In this document: positions 62,946-64,000 of the stretch, one piece after another
Position numbering within the stretch: position 1 is the stretch's first letter
Layout: each line of letters begins with the position of its first letter
NCBI GenBank assembly: GCA_963745835.1
Contig: CAVUZH010000020.1
Location: 137,040-201,039, forward strand
Length of the DNA: 64,000 bases
DNA from: an uncultured delta proteobacterium
GTDB lineage: Bacteria; Desulfobacterota; Binatia; UBA9968
Direction: 5' to 3'
The notes under the pieces: model-generated
What the model was told of the DNA's origin: nothing
What the model saw: the letters and a program-made list of their open reading frames with translations, nothing else
Databases searched by the model: none
Position numbers and translations under genes: made by a program

Positions 62946-64000
62946 CGTTCCGAGCCAGCACGAAGAGGAATTTGAGCAAGCGTTTATCTCGCGCGAACGT
63001 CAAGATCGCATTCGCAGCGGAAAAGTCGCTTGCGCTTTGGTGATGTTCCTTATGCCCGCGGGAGTCATCCTAGACCTCTGGGTTTATCCGGAACGAGTCC
63101 GCGAATTTTTTCAGCTGCGCTTAATCTGCTCGGTAGTGGCAGCGAGCTGGTGGACTCTTCACCAAACGTCTTTTGGCCTGCGGCATTACCGCTTGCTCGG
63201 TGTTCCGATAGCTATTCTTCCGGGATTATTTATCGCTTGGATGATCTCAGTCACCGAAGGTCCAGCCTCACCTTATTACGCCGGACTGATTCTCGTGTAT
63301 TTTGCGGTCAATGCGATCGTGCACTGGAGTACGGTCGAATCTTTGTTGGCTCTGGCGGCTCTTTATCTTTTTTACCTGGTGGCTTGCGCCCGCTGGCCCA
63401 TCGCGGAAGAGCAGGGAATATTTTTTAACAATATCTATTTCTTGGTGCTTACAGGAATTATCGTGGTGATCGGCAATTATCTCTACAATCAGCTCCAGCT
63501 CCGCGAGTTCGTGTTGCGCTTCGAGTTGAGCCAAAACCGACGAACACTTGAAGAAGCCAATCAGAAGCTAATTGAATTGGACCGCGTCAAGAGCCAATTC
63601 TTCGCCAATGTGAGCCATGAGCTGCGAACGCCGCTGACTTTGTTGTTGACCCCGCTGCAAAGCCTAATCCAGGAGCATAAATCGGGAGCTAGCGTCGCCC
63701 ACCCGGGACTTGCTGCTGATCATGCAGAGCAACGGCATGCGACTTTTGAAGCTAATCAACGATTTGTTGGACCTCGTACGGCTAGAATCCGGCAAAATGG
63801 AGGTTAATTCAGAGCCGGTGGACATCGAACGCCTCGTTCACGGAGTTGCCAACGCAGTAAAAAACACCGCTCAAGATCGCGCCATCGACGTTGAGGTAAT
63901 GATCGACCACAATGTTGGCACAGTGGTCGCCGATAGCGATAAACTCGAAAGGATTTTGCTGAATCTGCTGTTTAATGCGATCAAGTTTACGCCTGCGGGC
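62935..64000 (+). CDS. Membrane sensor histidine kinase (PhcS-like), frameshifted near 63685, truncated by the window edge
   Basis: About 6 TM segments with SPYYAGL, H-box FFANVSHELRTPLT; continues in the +1 frame with RLLKLINDLLDLVRLESG and N-box LERILLNLLFNAIKFTP. Confidence 0.9.

Overview
Bacterial chromosome window of moderate-to-high GC. The gene style suggests a deltaproteobacterial-grade lineage, possibly Candidatus Binatota; this is inference only. In order, it holds: partial gyrB; a degenerate cobS paralog plus an AEC transporter; a cobamide uptake/salvage/remodelling operon with two B12 riboswitches (tonB, btuB, DUF4430, cobQ, cbiZ, cbiB, cobD, cobU, cobT, cobS, btuFCD); and mixed housekeeping/metabolic genes (Acd-like acyl-CoA dehydrogenase, Lon-like protease, BepA, ychF-like, ribBA, panE, cytochrome c, MoxR, mltG, glgP, polA). 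Next is a MarR-linked operon resembling a nucleoside 'DHAP shunt' (phosphorylase, MtnA, class II aldolase) with lipid-handling parts added (SCP2-like domain, acyl-CoA ligase, Fe-S/CCG oxidoreductase). The window ends with holA plus a PLD nuclease, TPP riboswitch-thiSGE, tRNA-Thr(CGT) and a Ralstonia phcB/phcS-like methyl-ester quorum-sensing module running off the right edge. Five genes carry small frameshifts, which probably reflect assembly indel errors. The best candidates for new biology are the lipid-flavoured nucleoside-cleavage operon (45.6-52.3 kb) and the phcBS-like module (61.5-64 kb). All family assignments come from motif recognition, without database searches.
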